A DNA stretch of 63,775 nt, counting the filler, from Olpidium bornovanus S191 (taxonomy: Eukaryota > Fungi > Olpidiomycota), in assembly GCA_017911155.1 (NCBI GenBank). It is 28 parts of 28 records of this genome, joined end to end, with 100 filler letters (N's around TTAATTAATTAA, not from the genome) between each part and the next. Parts side by side here need not be neighbours in the genome. Positions count along the whole stretch, not along the records: positions 34,133 to 37,619 come from JAEFCI010007555.1; positions 37,720 to 39,866 come from JAEFCI010003691.1; positions 39,967 to 42,644 come from JAEFCI010010083.1; positions 42,745 to 44,853 come from JAEFCI010003311.1; positions 44,954 to 51,200 come from JAEFCI010000360.1; 23 more parts are not named here. One strand, given 5' to 3'. Shown here in pieces: positions 34,873 through 46,494 of the stretch; within the stretch, counting starts at the first letter, position 1, and each line of letters opens with the position of its first letter. The position numbers and the translations under genes are program-made. Under the pieces are notes generated by a model. The model made no database searches. It was not told where the DNA came from and saw only the letters and a program-made list of their open reading frames with translations.

Positions 34873-37619
34873 GTGAGAGAGGGCCCTCCCCCCCCCATTT
34901 TCCCCCGCGTTTTGCCCCGGCGGGTCCTCCCCGTCGCAAAGCTCGTTCTTCGGAGGGCGGTCCGCGAACCTTCTTTCCCGGTAACACCCTCCCACCCCGC
35001 AGGACGGTGCTTCGACGGCAAGGCGCTGAGGAAGAAACTTCCGGCGCAGCAGCCGCCGCCGAAGAGGCCGCCGCAGAGGCCGCCGCAGAGGCCGCCGCCG
35101 GTGCCCCGCGACTCGGCCGAGAGCGCCGCGGACGACGACATCTGTCCCGTGTGCGACTCCGACTGCGCGTGCGGCGAGCCCTCGCTCCGGTCGAAAGGCG
35201 GCCGCGTCGCGCGCGCGCGGAGCTGCAGGACCCCGCGGCGGGCGAAGGCGGAGCTCGGAGCCGGGCTCCCGCCCTCCGCCGCGAAGAAGTTTGCGAAGCT
35301 TTCCGGCCCCCCCCGCGACCCGGGCGGCGTCAGGGGACCCGGCTCGGCGCCCAGAAAGCGTTCCCCGCGCTGCGCCGCCAAGGCCGAGCGAGACGCCCGC
35401 GGCGCCGCCAAGGCCGAGCGAGACGCCCGAGGCGCCGTCACGGCGGAGCGAGACGTTGGCGCCGGCCCCGTCAAGACAGAGGGAGACGGTCTCTCACCGG
35501 TCTCGGAAGCACACCCGGTCTGTGCGGAACAGCCCGAACCGCTCGTCAAGACAGAGGAGGAGCCGTTAGCGGACGCGCCGTCTGCGCGGCACGCAGAGTT
35601 GCAGGAATTTGGTCCAAAGCCTCGAGACGGCTCAGAAACTCGCCCGCCACCTGCGACCGGGATCGTGGACCCCCCGGTCGGCAACGCCCCTGATCCGGAC
35701 GGCGCGAACCAAGTGGCCGCTCCGACGAGAGCCGACAGCGCGGCGTCAGATAGTACCGACATGCGTGCCCTCGGCTGGCGGAAACCGTGCGGGCCCTCCT
35801 CCATCTCGGAGTACTTCTCGGACGCGTCGACGTTCTCGTCCCCGCCGTCATCCCCGGCGCCGCCAAACGAGGCACACGACCTCGACGACGCGGGCGCCGG
35901 AGGCTTTATGTCCGCGGCAAGCGTTTCCGACCGTCCGGACGGCCCGTCCTCGTCGGACACCGACTTCGATTCGGACATCTCGGTGTCGGACCTCGTTTCG
36001 ATCCGGGGCCTGTTCGGCTTTGCCGGATTCGGCGTGGACGGGGACGACAGCGACAGCGACTCTCCCGGCGACGAAAATCCCGGCGGGGCCGGCGCGGAAC
36101 CGAGCCGCAGCTGGTCAGAAGAGGAGGACGACGACGAGGACGACGACGAGGACGACGACGAGGACGACGACTACGGCGAAGACGAAGACGAAGGGGTTCG
36201 CCGGCGCAGCTGGATCGGCCAGAGCACGGGCACGGATGAGGTGTTGGCAGCGAGCGACTCCCAAACGAGGGTGCTCGCCAGCGAGAGCGCCGGCGTCCGG
36301 TCTCCCGAGTCCGCCGTACCCAACCCGGGCCTGCTGTCTCCGTCAAAGGACTACCCCCTCTGGCCGCCGCGGGCGGGGCGCTTCGACGGGACGGACCGGA
36401 CCTCGCTCCCTTCTGCCTGCGCGCTGCCGACGCCGTTTCCGTCCGCGAGGGCGTCGCCGGTTCGCAAGGCGGCCGCGCGCGGAGGAGAGCGGCCGCCGGA
36501 GACCGCAAGCACCTCGCGAGGCCCTGGTGCGGGCCGGCGGCGGAAGGTGTCAATCTGCCCGCAGTGCTCGAAGGAGCTTCGCGGGAGGCGGGCCGGGCGG
36601 TGGAGGTTGTCGGCCGCCAGGACCGGCGGCGGCCGCGGTGCGGAACGCGGGCGCCTTTTTCCGCAGGCCGACTCTCCGCCTGCCGCCTGCGTGCAGAACG
36701 TCGGGTCTGGCTTCGAAAGAGGGGGCGGCGGGAGCCATCGCGCAGGCCCGGCCGGCATGGGTTCAGAAGCCAACGCGGCCGCGGCGTCGGGAGCTGCTCA
36801 CGACCGACGGAACGGCTTGCGAAAACCAGGCGGCGGCCCGCAGCCCCAGCCCCAGCCCCACGCTTTTCTCCCGAACAGCCCGGCGCCGTCAGAAGCCGGA
36901 GACAAGACCATGTCTCTGGACGAGCTGCTGGACGTCGACCTGGTTTGCGGTTCGCAGGAGGACGGGGCGCAGGGCGAGAACGCCGAGGACGTGCGCGTCC
37001 CGATATTGGATCACTGGGAACGCGTGCCCGTCGCGACGTTCAGAAAATCGCGGCGGCCCTCGGCCCAGTCCCTGCCTCTCCTGGTAACCGCGGGCTTGAA
37101 GCCGTCGGTGCGGGAGGAGCCCCTGTGGAGCGCCACCATGGAAGACCTGCCCGAGACCGACGACGACCTGTCGTACTTCTTCCGCAAGGCCCGCAGGAAA
37201 CACGACCTCGGGAAGCGGAAAAACCGGAGCCCGGACATGCCGAGCCGCGGGAGGCCCCGGCGACCCTACGACGCCGGCGACGGCGAGGGCGAGGCCAGGA
37301 GCCAGAGCGGCCGCCGGAGGAAGCGGCGCCTGCGGACCGTCGGCGACGGAGACGGGAGCTCGTCGCCGGACCCGAGCTCCGCCGTCACGCCCGAAGTCGC
37401 GTTCGCGTTTTTCCCGGGATGCAGGGAAGCGCGCGCGGACGACGGGGCGGCGGACGTCATCCTCCCGTCGGCCGACGAGGAGTTCGACCTGGTGCTCAAC
37501 ATGGACATCCGTCCGATCGACGACGCCGAGGATTCCGACTCTTTCGACGGCAGCGACGGCGGCGCGGACCGCGACGAGGAGTGCCGCTGCGGGCGCCGCG
37601 GGCCCGGGTCGGGCGACGA
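34873..37619 (+). CDS. Large low-complexity acidic/basic protein with an N-terminal CxxCxxxCxC motif; possibly Ifh1/Crf1-like
   Basis: Single long ORF running to the contig end. Contains ICPVCDSDCAC, 30-bp repeats (AAKAERDARG), an acidic tract, MSLDELLDVD and HWERVPVATFRKSR. The Ifh1/Crf1 resemblance is from memory only. Confidence 0.5.
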
Positions 37620-37719
37620 NNNNNNNNNNNNNNNNNNNNNNNNNNNNNNNNNNNNNNNNNNNNTTAATTAATTAANNNNNNNNNNNNNNNNNNNNNNNNN
37701 NNNNNNNNNNNNNNNNNNN

Positions 37720-37773
<54 letters not shown>

Positions 37774-38996
37774 CCCTCCCCCCTCCTCCCTCCTCCCTGC
37801 CTGACAAACTCGCACAAATCGGTTTTCGGGTGGACGAAGAGGAGAAGATGCAGCAGCTGTGCGCGGGCTTCGAGGAGGAAGCCGGCCGCCGAGGTCACCC
37901 ACGCGCGGGCGATCTTCACGGCGGCCGCCGCGGACGGCTTCGCGACTCGCTTTTGAAATAACCGGGGAAATTTTCTTTGGTCGATAAAGTCGAGCGTTTT
38001 TACTATTATTTTTTTGGCGTTTTTGTGTGCGTTTATCGGTTTTACGTGATTGAGGACCTGCGCCCCCATAATTGAATTTACTGGCGGGAAGCGCGAGGCG
38101 TTTCGTACATACCGCGTGCGTTCAAAAGAAATACGGTATGAGTGTAAGAACGCCGGCTACGTCAAACCTTGAACAATTCAAAAAAAAAAAATTCCAAGTT
38201 AAGGGCATTCCTCTTTTTCCACTGACAAGGCTGAAGGTAAATTGAACGGAGTCGGACGTTGCTGCCCGCCCAGGGGACAGATTTGCTGCAGCGCAGACGG
38301 CGAACCGTGCACATCGTGAAAGCGGGGAACAACCCGCGTCGCCAGAATGCGGGCTACGTTACTGACCCTGACCCCACGCCCCTGACCCTAAAAACACCGG
38401 CCGAGAGAGCAAGCGCGGCCGAGAGAGCAAGCGCGGACGAGGGCGCCCCTCAAAAGTGGTTTTTTTTTTTCGGGAAGGCCGGACGCCGCTCTGCCTGTCC
38501 CGGCTCCCCGAGGAAGAGGGAAAAACAGGAGGAAGGGGGTGAAAACGCCACGCAACGCGACTGCGCAGGGGCGGGCGATCTGCGTGCGGCGCCGTCAGCA
38601 GCGCACGGGGCGCGTGGCGCTGGCCGGCGCGGCCTCTCCTCTCCGTTTACGCGCGCGTCTCGGCGCCCTGCGAGGGCGGGGGTGTGGGCGCACGGGACCG
38701 GCGTTTTCATCAGAAAAAAAATCCGGGGGGCAGTCGGTCAGCGACCGTCACGGCCTCGGGCATGTTGCCGCTCAAGGCTACCTTTCCACCACTTTGCTCA
38801 CCCCGCATCCCCCGCTCCAATCCGACCCGCAGCTCAATTGGTTGTTCATTTGCCTGACGCGTTTAATATGGGTTTTGCGGTTTCACACGTGACCGGGTCG
38901 CAAAGACCAAATCCCAAACCAAACTGCTCGGGAATAAAATTGGCAGGTGGTAACGGAACAGGCGGACGTGCGCCATAGCTAAGAAAAAAAAAATAA

Positions 38997-39866
38997 TCAA
39001 ATACATACGGATGGTTCACAGAGTTCGTCCCCGATAAGGAACCAAGCGACAGAACTCTGTGACAGACTGAAAGCGAAAGAAGAATAAGAAGAGGAAAGAA
39101 TAATATCACGCATAATTGTGGGCCAGATATCCGTGGGGCAATTCGGCAGGTTCGCTGCAAGTCGCAGGAGGACGGGACGGGCGGAGTGTGCGATATGTGA
39201 GAAAACCGCGAGAGCAGTTTCGATCGACAGAAACGCTCTCACGCAGACCGCTGGCGAAGTATACATACCTGGCGACTTCGGGGCCACCCGTGGCGACTGC
39301 GACGTGCCGGGGGGTCAGGGTCCGGCCCTGAAGCGACGAGGTTCCTCCTCCTCTCACCATACTGACCAGATCCTTGACGGCATTGACGCCTTCAATCCAC
39401 GCCTCCCTGTCCCTCTCCCGGCGCGCCGCTTCCATCAACGCGAACACCTTTTCCCTCTTCGCCGTCTTGTGCACGCGGTATTGTAGCGCCGACAAGCCCA
39501 GGAGCACCGCGGCACTCCACAGACGGGCGGCGGTTGCGAACTGGAGCAGCGAACGGGCCCACAGCTGATATCCTACGAACGCGGGTAACACCGCGCAGAA
39601 GCCGAGGGCGGTGCGCGAGGGCACGCTTTTGACCGGCAGGATGAACGTGCAAGCCAAGTGCACGGCGAAAACCGCAAGGGCAACCTGGAAGAGACCGGGA
39701 TTCCGGCTCCGAAAGGCCAACGGAGACGAGGACGAAGAACTAGGCGTTTGCGAGAGCTCTAACATTGCTTGCCGAATGGGGTTAATTGCACTGAAAAATT
39801 GGGCCTGGTCGGCCCGCCGTTCGGCCAGCGCCTGGTTCAACAACCCTATCTCGGTCGAAACGCATG
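38997..39866 (-). CDS. C-terminal exons of an unidentified multi-pass membrane protein
   Basis: ORF 39106..39843 has several hydrophobic helices (LFQVALAVFAVHLACTFIL; LGFCAVLPAFVGYQLWA; LWSAAVLLGLSAL), ends at a GT donor, and is followed by a further open frame to 38997. Confidence 0.45.
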
Positions 39867-39968
39867 NNNNNNNNNNNNNNNNNNNNNNNNNNNNNNNNNN
39901 NNNNNNNNNNTTAATTAATTAANNNNNNNNNNNNNNNNNNNNNNNNNNNNNNNNNNNNNNNNNNNNCG

Positions 39969-40019
39969 ATAACTTCGTATAATGTATGCTATACGAAGTT
40001 ATACACTCTTTCCCTACAC
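39969..40019 (+). other. Library adaptor contamination: loxP (39969-40002) fused to Illumina primer sequence ACACTCTTTCCCTACAC (40003-40019)
   Basis: Exact 34-bp ATAACTTCGTATAATGTATGCTATACGAAGTTAT at a contig start, directly followed by the first 17 nt of the Illumina read-1 primer. Confidence 0.98.
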
Positions 40020-40639
40020 CGCCCCTTTCACGGCTGGCGTTGCGTCTCTCACCGAGGTCCGAGCTTCCTACACAGTGCTGTCTGCCGCTGCTTGCATGCT
40101 GAATATTTGGCAGCGCGCTGCCGTTATGCTTGATGTGCCAAACAGCCGGAGCAGACTATTTTGCTGCTTTTGACCCGCGTCCTGCTAACTCTTCTTGTCC
40201 TTGAACACATTCCTCGTTCGCGTCTATGTTCCTTTGTCTGCTCCACGCCTCTTGCGTGCGCCGTCTTCTATCCGTGTGCTTTGCTGTTGCTTGGCAGGCA
40301 AAACAAATTGCATCCAGAATTGCGGAAGGGCGTGCTAATGCTGCCTCTGTTGCTCAAAGTGAGTTCCTCTCCTGTACATGCATCAATTGGGAACTCCTGT
40401 GTCCGCAGCTGGTCTCTTGTTGGATAAGCAGCTTGCCATTTGCTGACGTACCGGGAGCTCCCCCGATGGATGCTGCGTATCCTTGGTTCATTGATGTCGC
40501 TGTGTGTTTCACCACCACCGTCGTCTGGCAATTGCTGACTTTGATCAGCACTTACGTCTGGAGGTGCACATTCCGTGTCGCATGCGCCGAGTTCCGCTGC
40601 CGCTGCGCCCGTCCCCTTGAAAATTTCTGGACGTGTCCC

Positions 40640-42644
40640 CCCTCTGGTGCCCTACGCCCCGCCTTCTAAGCCGGAGAACAGCGCCGGAAAATATCACGCT
40701 CCCCCGATCTCCTACTCGCGCGAAAGGAGCCGCTCGCCTGACCGCCGCCGCTTGAACTATGGCGACCACGGGCGGTATGACCGGCGATCCTCGCCTTCGA
40801 CTTATCGTGCCGTCAGCGTGTCCAGGCACCCGCACGGCTACCCCCCGGCCCAATCATGTACGTTCCACGAGCTGTGTCGCGAGTGCTTTGCGGCTGCGCA
40901 TGATGGGCGCGATGCAATCGCGGAAAAGAAAAGGTCCTGTCTTGGCACGACGCGTTTCTTCCTGCTGATGCCGGCCGGTTTTCTTCGGCAGACGAGTCCG
41001 CGGCCGGTTACCGCCGAGATCCACACCCTCTTGTCGAGGGGAGCAGGACTGTGTCGTTTTATGTCCCGAACCACTCGGTTTCTCGCGTTGTCGGTCACGG
41101 AAGTGAAACGCAACGGGCCATCTCGAAGATTACCGGTGCCCGTGTTGACGTTACTCCAGGTATTCGGGCTGCCTCTCATCGCGTTTCGGATTACGTTCCA
41201 ACAGGCGGCCCACGTGGAATGGAGACGCTGATTTTTTGTTGTTTTGTCATACGTTTCCGTAGCACCTAGCGGACCTCATCTTGAATACCTTGTAACTTTG
41301 ACAGGGTCCTCAGCGGCGATCTCCGAAGTTTGTGCATTTCCCGCGGATTCTGATTGAGGAAAGCAACCTCCTTCCTGCGGGCTGAAATTTGCGCCTTTAT
41401 ATTTTCTTTTTTTCAACTTTTTTTTCTTTTTTTTCTTTCTTTTTTGTTTTCTTTTTCTTTTTGCAGGCAAGCGGTATGATTGACGATATTATTCGGGATC
41501 CGAAATCGAGGCCACTCAGCGACCGATCGCCTCCTTCGGTACCTTTTGGTCGGGATGCTCTTGGGGCAGGACTTCACTCCGACTTTTCCCGGCCGCCGGT
41601 GCAGCCGAATATTCCGTCGTATCATTACGGTGTCTCGCAGTCGCACCAGTCGAGGCTGGTGGACGACGAGGATTACACCTCGGCCTTGAGCGAGATGGTG
41701 ATGCACGTGCCGAATTCCAAGGTAGGAATCATCATCGGCCGGGGCGGGGACACGATCCGGGACCTCCAAGACCGCAGTGGGACACGCATAGAGGTGACGC
41801 CGGATGCGGAGCACGACCGCCGCTCTGAGAAGCGCCTCGTCCGCCTGATTGGCACTGTGAACTCGTGCCGCCGCGCCAAGGTTCTCATCGAGGACCTTAT
41901 AGAGGCGGTGACAGGCTCCAGGACGGGCGAGCCTGCCGGCACCAGCAGCAGGTTTGACGCCGCGCTCAAGAGCTACAGCACCGCCGTCTCCACTGTCGGA
42001 TCTGCACGGGGAGGAGGGTACGGTCCGCCGCCTGCCGTGCGTGAAGCGACGCCCCCTTTCCCGTCCCAGAAGGTTATTACCGAGCTTGTCTACGTGCCCG
42101 TCGAGCACGCGGGATTGGTGATCGGAAAGGGTTCGGTTTTTTGTTTTGTAGATTTTGTTGTCGCGGAAGCGCGCAGGACGTGAATTTGCCTTTTTTGCTG
42201 ATGCCGCGCTATTGATGCAGGAGGCGAAACCGTGCGTCACTTCGAAAGCGTGAGCGGCGCGAGAATTACTATGGATAATGCCGAGCTCGTCAAGGGGAAG
42301 AGGCCGATTCGCGTGATCGGTAAGCAGTTGCCATGCAAGTTAAGTACAGCAAGGCGTGGATTGCCCTCTGTTTCGTTGACGATCTCGCTACTTCTGGTCC
42401 CTGTCCAAAGGCACCCCCTCTCAAACTGCTCACGCTCGGGAACTCATCATGAAGACCGTGGAGGACGATGCGGTTGGTCACTTCTCCCATTTGTTATTCC
42501 TGTCGAGCGATCTCTGCTGCAACCATGACTAATACGGTATTCGGTGGCTTAAACTTGTCGCGACAGGCGCATCGATCCCCGCGACAAAGCCGCGGAGGGG
42601 ACTTTGACGACAGGTATGCCTCGAAGTACGACAAAGTCCCTTGC
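40640..42644 (+). CDS. Multi-KH-domain RNA-binding protein (FUBP/KHSRP-like), start uncertain, 3' partial
   Basis: KH1 FYVPNHSVSRVVGHGSETQRAISKITGARVDV; KH2 MHVPNSKVGIIIGRGGDTIRDLQDRSGTRIEV; KH3 VYVPVEHAGLVIGKGGETVRHFESVSGARITM. RS-rich N-terminus; GT-AG introns. Confidence 0.9.
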
Positions 42645-44178
42645 NNNNNNNNNNNNNNNNNNNNNNNNNNNNNNNNNNNNNNNNNNNNTTAATTAATTAA
42701 NNNNNNNNNNNNNNNNNNNNNNNNNNNNNNNNNNNNNNNNNNNNCATGCCCGGCAACTTTGTGCGTAAAAAATTGTCCAAATTTGGCGGCCTGTAGGCAA
42801 AAACGAGAGGAATTACCGAAAAAGGAGACGAACTACTGAGTTTGACTAAGCCCATTTAGCAGGAATTATCAGAAGACCAAGCAAAAGACGATTTCTTCCT
42901 CGAGAGTGTTAGTCCAACGCTCCGTGAGCTGTGAGAATACCATTCTGTCAACGTCGGCCATACGCTCGGCCACGAAACGCTGCAGCCCGGCCGGGCGTGA
43001 GCCGCCGTCACGGTCCGTAGCCCGTGGACTCCGCATTGGAAAATGGTCAACTTGCAAACTGATTCGAAGGTTTGTCCAAAACTGGTGGCACAAAAATTTT
43101 GCTAGACCGGTTGACGGCACCTTTGCTTAGGGGGCGGAACCTACGGGGTTCCGGGTTCGGGATTTGCCCTCCCGAACCCCGGCCCTAAACAAAATCCGGC
43201 CTCCCTGGAAGGTTTTCGGGGGGTTTTGAGTTGTAGGCCACGGCGGAAAGATGCTTTTTTGGCCGTGTTTGTCGGCGACGAGCACCCCGCTCCGGGGTGC
43301 TTTCCACTGGACGCCACAAGCTCGATTGGGGCAGCTCGGTCACAAAACCGTCCATGGTCCAAAGGCTCCTTTGCCTGAAGGAAATTTGGGCGAATTGTAC
43401 AAGCAGTAGTGTAGCAGTACAGATTACCGGACGGCAGGCATGTTGGTTTTTTGGTTTTGTGTTTGCCCGCCCATGGGGTTTGCGAGGTGGGATATGCGTG
43501 TGGAAAAAATAAAGGCCCATGTTGTACTTTGACATCTGGGCACTTGGTGAAGCCGAATCCGCACATCTCGCATACACAATTTGGCGAAGGGCGATGCGGG
43601 TCCCACAGCTCTTATACGGGCCCTCTGCCTGACTCTCTGAAATCCGGGGTTTCGTCGACGTCCACCCTCTGGATGAGGAACTAAGTAGCCACTCCCCCCC
43701 CGGCCACAGCCGCGCGATTACCGCGTGGATACCTTGATCAAGGCCTGACTTTGCTTTTCCAACTGTTCTCACAGCTTTCACGCTGTCCACAAGATAGTAG
43801 ATGCCCCTGTTACAACCCAGGCTCGGGCATGGCTGTGGGAAGAGGGCGGGGGTGGAATCTCACAGCCCTCTGCTCTCTCTTTTGCGGGTTGGTTTTTCTC
43901 TGTGACAAGAGAACGAACATTTTTTTCTTCCTGTGCGGGACGTGGACGGCGCCAACCGCCAGCCACCGCCCGGTCGCCCTCCTCCCCGCCTCACACACAC
44001 TCCCTCCACGAGCGGCCTCGCCGCCTGCATCCCGGCGTCCCGCGGCCCGCCCTGCCAGCCAGCGCCAGGTCGGGAGCCCGCGGAAGCAGAACCTACACAC
44101 GCAAAAACCGGTGCGCCGCAAGAACCCGCCGGCCGCCTGAAACCGGCACGCGGGATCTGCCAAAACCTCGCCGCGGGC

Positions 44179-44853
44179 ATGGAGTATCCCGTCGACGCGG
44201 CCGTGCTGCTCAAGGAGCCGATCTCACTGTGGACCAGGGACCACGCACCGGTGTCCCCCAGCAAGTGGGTGTGATGCGCGCGCAGCTTGCCCCGCACGCT
44301 GTGACTTGCTGAACCTTACGGGTAAGGCGACCCGTGCCGTACCCCCTTTCACAAGTTTCGGCCATTTGGCGGAGATAGTGAACCGATTGGGTGCCGCCTC
44401 GGCGAAGGTGAGGCTCGTTCACCGATGCCGTGAATGCCGCCCGAAAAGGGGGATGTTCGTGTATTGGACGTGCTTCGCCGACGGGGCCAAACGATTCATC
44501 GCCACCAACCTCCGCGCCCAGCTCAGGCTCAGAATTTGCGGACTCCCGTCACCAGTTTCGATCGCCTCCGCGTCAGCGGCAACCAACGCGTGTACCTGAT
44601 CCGATCTACGCCTGGCGAATCATCCGCATTCGGCGCGGCTGAAACCGATCACCGTGGCCAAAACGCTCTCGGCGCGAAATCAGCGCACTCACAGTCCATG
44701 GTTATGGGCCTGCTCAAGGTCGGCAGGAAGAATCTCTTCATCACGGACGCTCTGGGAAGGCAGCACGAACTGTCGCCAATGTGTGTCCTCGATTTCTACG
44801 TGCACGAGAAGTGCCAGCGGAAAGGAGTAGGAAGGAAGCTTTTCGAAAACATG
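44179..44853 (+). CDS. ATAT1: Alpha-tubulin N-acetyltransferase (ATAT1/MEC-17), 3' partial
   Basis: MEYPVDAAVLL...HLAEIVNRLGAASAKAQNLRTPVTSFDRL...VMGLLKVGRKNLF...PMCVLDFYVHEKCQRKGVGRKLFENM. Confidence 0.95.
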
Positions 44854-45206
44854 NNNNNNNNNNNNNNNNNNNNNNNNNNNNNNNNNNNNNNNNNNNNTTA
44901 ATTAATTAANNNNNNNNNNNNNNNNNNNNNNNNNNNNNNNNNNNNNNNNNNNNACATGCTAGTTTGATCTTGTGCCTTGTCAAGTTGGTCATCAACCTGT
45001 TACTTGGTCACGTGCCTTACGAACTTGGTCGCGTGGCCTAACCGTGTGATCATCTGACTTACTGTCTCCGTGGCTTTAATTCCCTGTTGGCATCTCTGAA
45101 GCTGCACCTCCTCTCTCCAGGTCTCCGGGGGACCCCCGCTCCTTCCCGGTGCCGGCTGGCGCGTTCAAAATTCAATCTTGATGCTGGTTTTCGGCTGTGA
45201 ATTTCA

Positions 45207-45238
<32 letters not shown>

Positions 45239-46494
45239 AATGTCCCGGAAAAATTTCTGCTCCACGCGTGCCTTTTTTCACTATTTTCGTCACCCCGGGA
45301 AATCTCCCAAGGAAGAGAGAGAGGTACTCCGGGTTCACACCCCGCGCACCGCATGCGATTGAAATCAGCAGCTGCGGACGCGCAAGGGACGCCGTCGGAG
45401 AATACCTGCGGAAAAACCCACCTTGTTTTCTCTTGGCGGCGCTGCGGCACGCGTTCACGTCATGAGCCGAAGTGCGCTGTCAGCCCCCCCCGCCCCCCCC
45501 CTCCTCGCGCCTCCTCCGTCGTGAAGGGGCGCGGTGTCTCGCCGCAAGCGAACCATTGCTGCGACAAGAACGCCAAAGCTTTGCAGTTTCTGCTCGACCG
45601 ATCTCACAGTCACATCCACGCGCATAACACCGACACCGTCGGCGTGAGCGCCCGAGTTCTGCGTCGCCGGCAAAAATGCTGACCAGGAAAAAAAAAGGCC
45701 AAGCAGCAGACCACAGCTCTGCCTTGGCGCCTCCGCTGCTTCGTCGACGTGAACGGGGCAAGCAGAACGCGAGCGTGGCCGACTCCCGTCCCGCTCGTCT
45801 GGACGACCCATCCGACGGCGTGAATGGCAACAATTGCGCGTCACTGAGATTTGGGACGACTGCAGGAGCAATCGCAATAGACCCTCCCAGGAAGATTGCT
45901 TTGGGACTGACACCAAAGATTGAGCCACAGGAGCCGCAGGAGCGTGGCACTTTATTTGTTCCTGTCCACAGCGGAATGTGACCCCGTACGCTTCGGGCCA
46001 TATCGGGCCTCTTCTGCGCGAAGATAGTCGAGCTCAAGACCCTCCAAAACCCACTAGCGCACGAGAGGCTGGAGATAGGAGCGAGGGAATTTTAGTGCCG
46101 CCACAAAGCCCCCGGCGGTGGGCCGCTTTCGGGCACAGCTCTTCAACGCTACCTCCCAGCTGATCCTCACGCTTATGTGAGCAGTAACAGTCTTGAGACG
46201 CACGACAATGAATCCTGCTCTCAGAGAACAGTTCCTTTGCATTAAATGTACTCGGTGTCCTACCACGAAATTGGCGGCCGCGTACACAAGAGGTGCCTAT
46301 ACCAACTCCGCTGCAAGTACCGCTTTGGTGACCCTGTGCTTTCGGAACCGTTCCGGATTCACTGTCAACTCTCGAACTCTCAGACCTTTCAATACGAGCA
46401 GCAAAAACAACAATACGATGACTGTCCGACTCACGACGCATTTTCGCGTCACAGAAATACGACCCATTGATATTTATGCTGCAAGCGAAAAATG

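Noticed and set aside
34077-35978. 633-aa antisense ORF, and similar ones at 51249..52631, 14075..15055 and 41413..42240
   Set aside because: These are shadow ORFs from high GC and codon bias opposite real genes, or from homopolymers; they have no recognisable motifs.
39969-40002. loxP as a natural Cre/P1-like recombination system
   Set aside because: It is fused to Illumina primer sequence at a contig edge and no recombinase gene is present; it is adaptor contamination.
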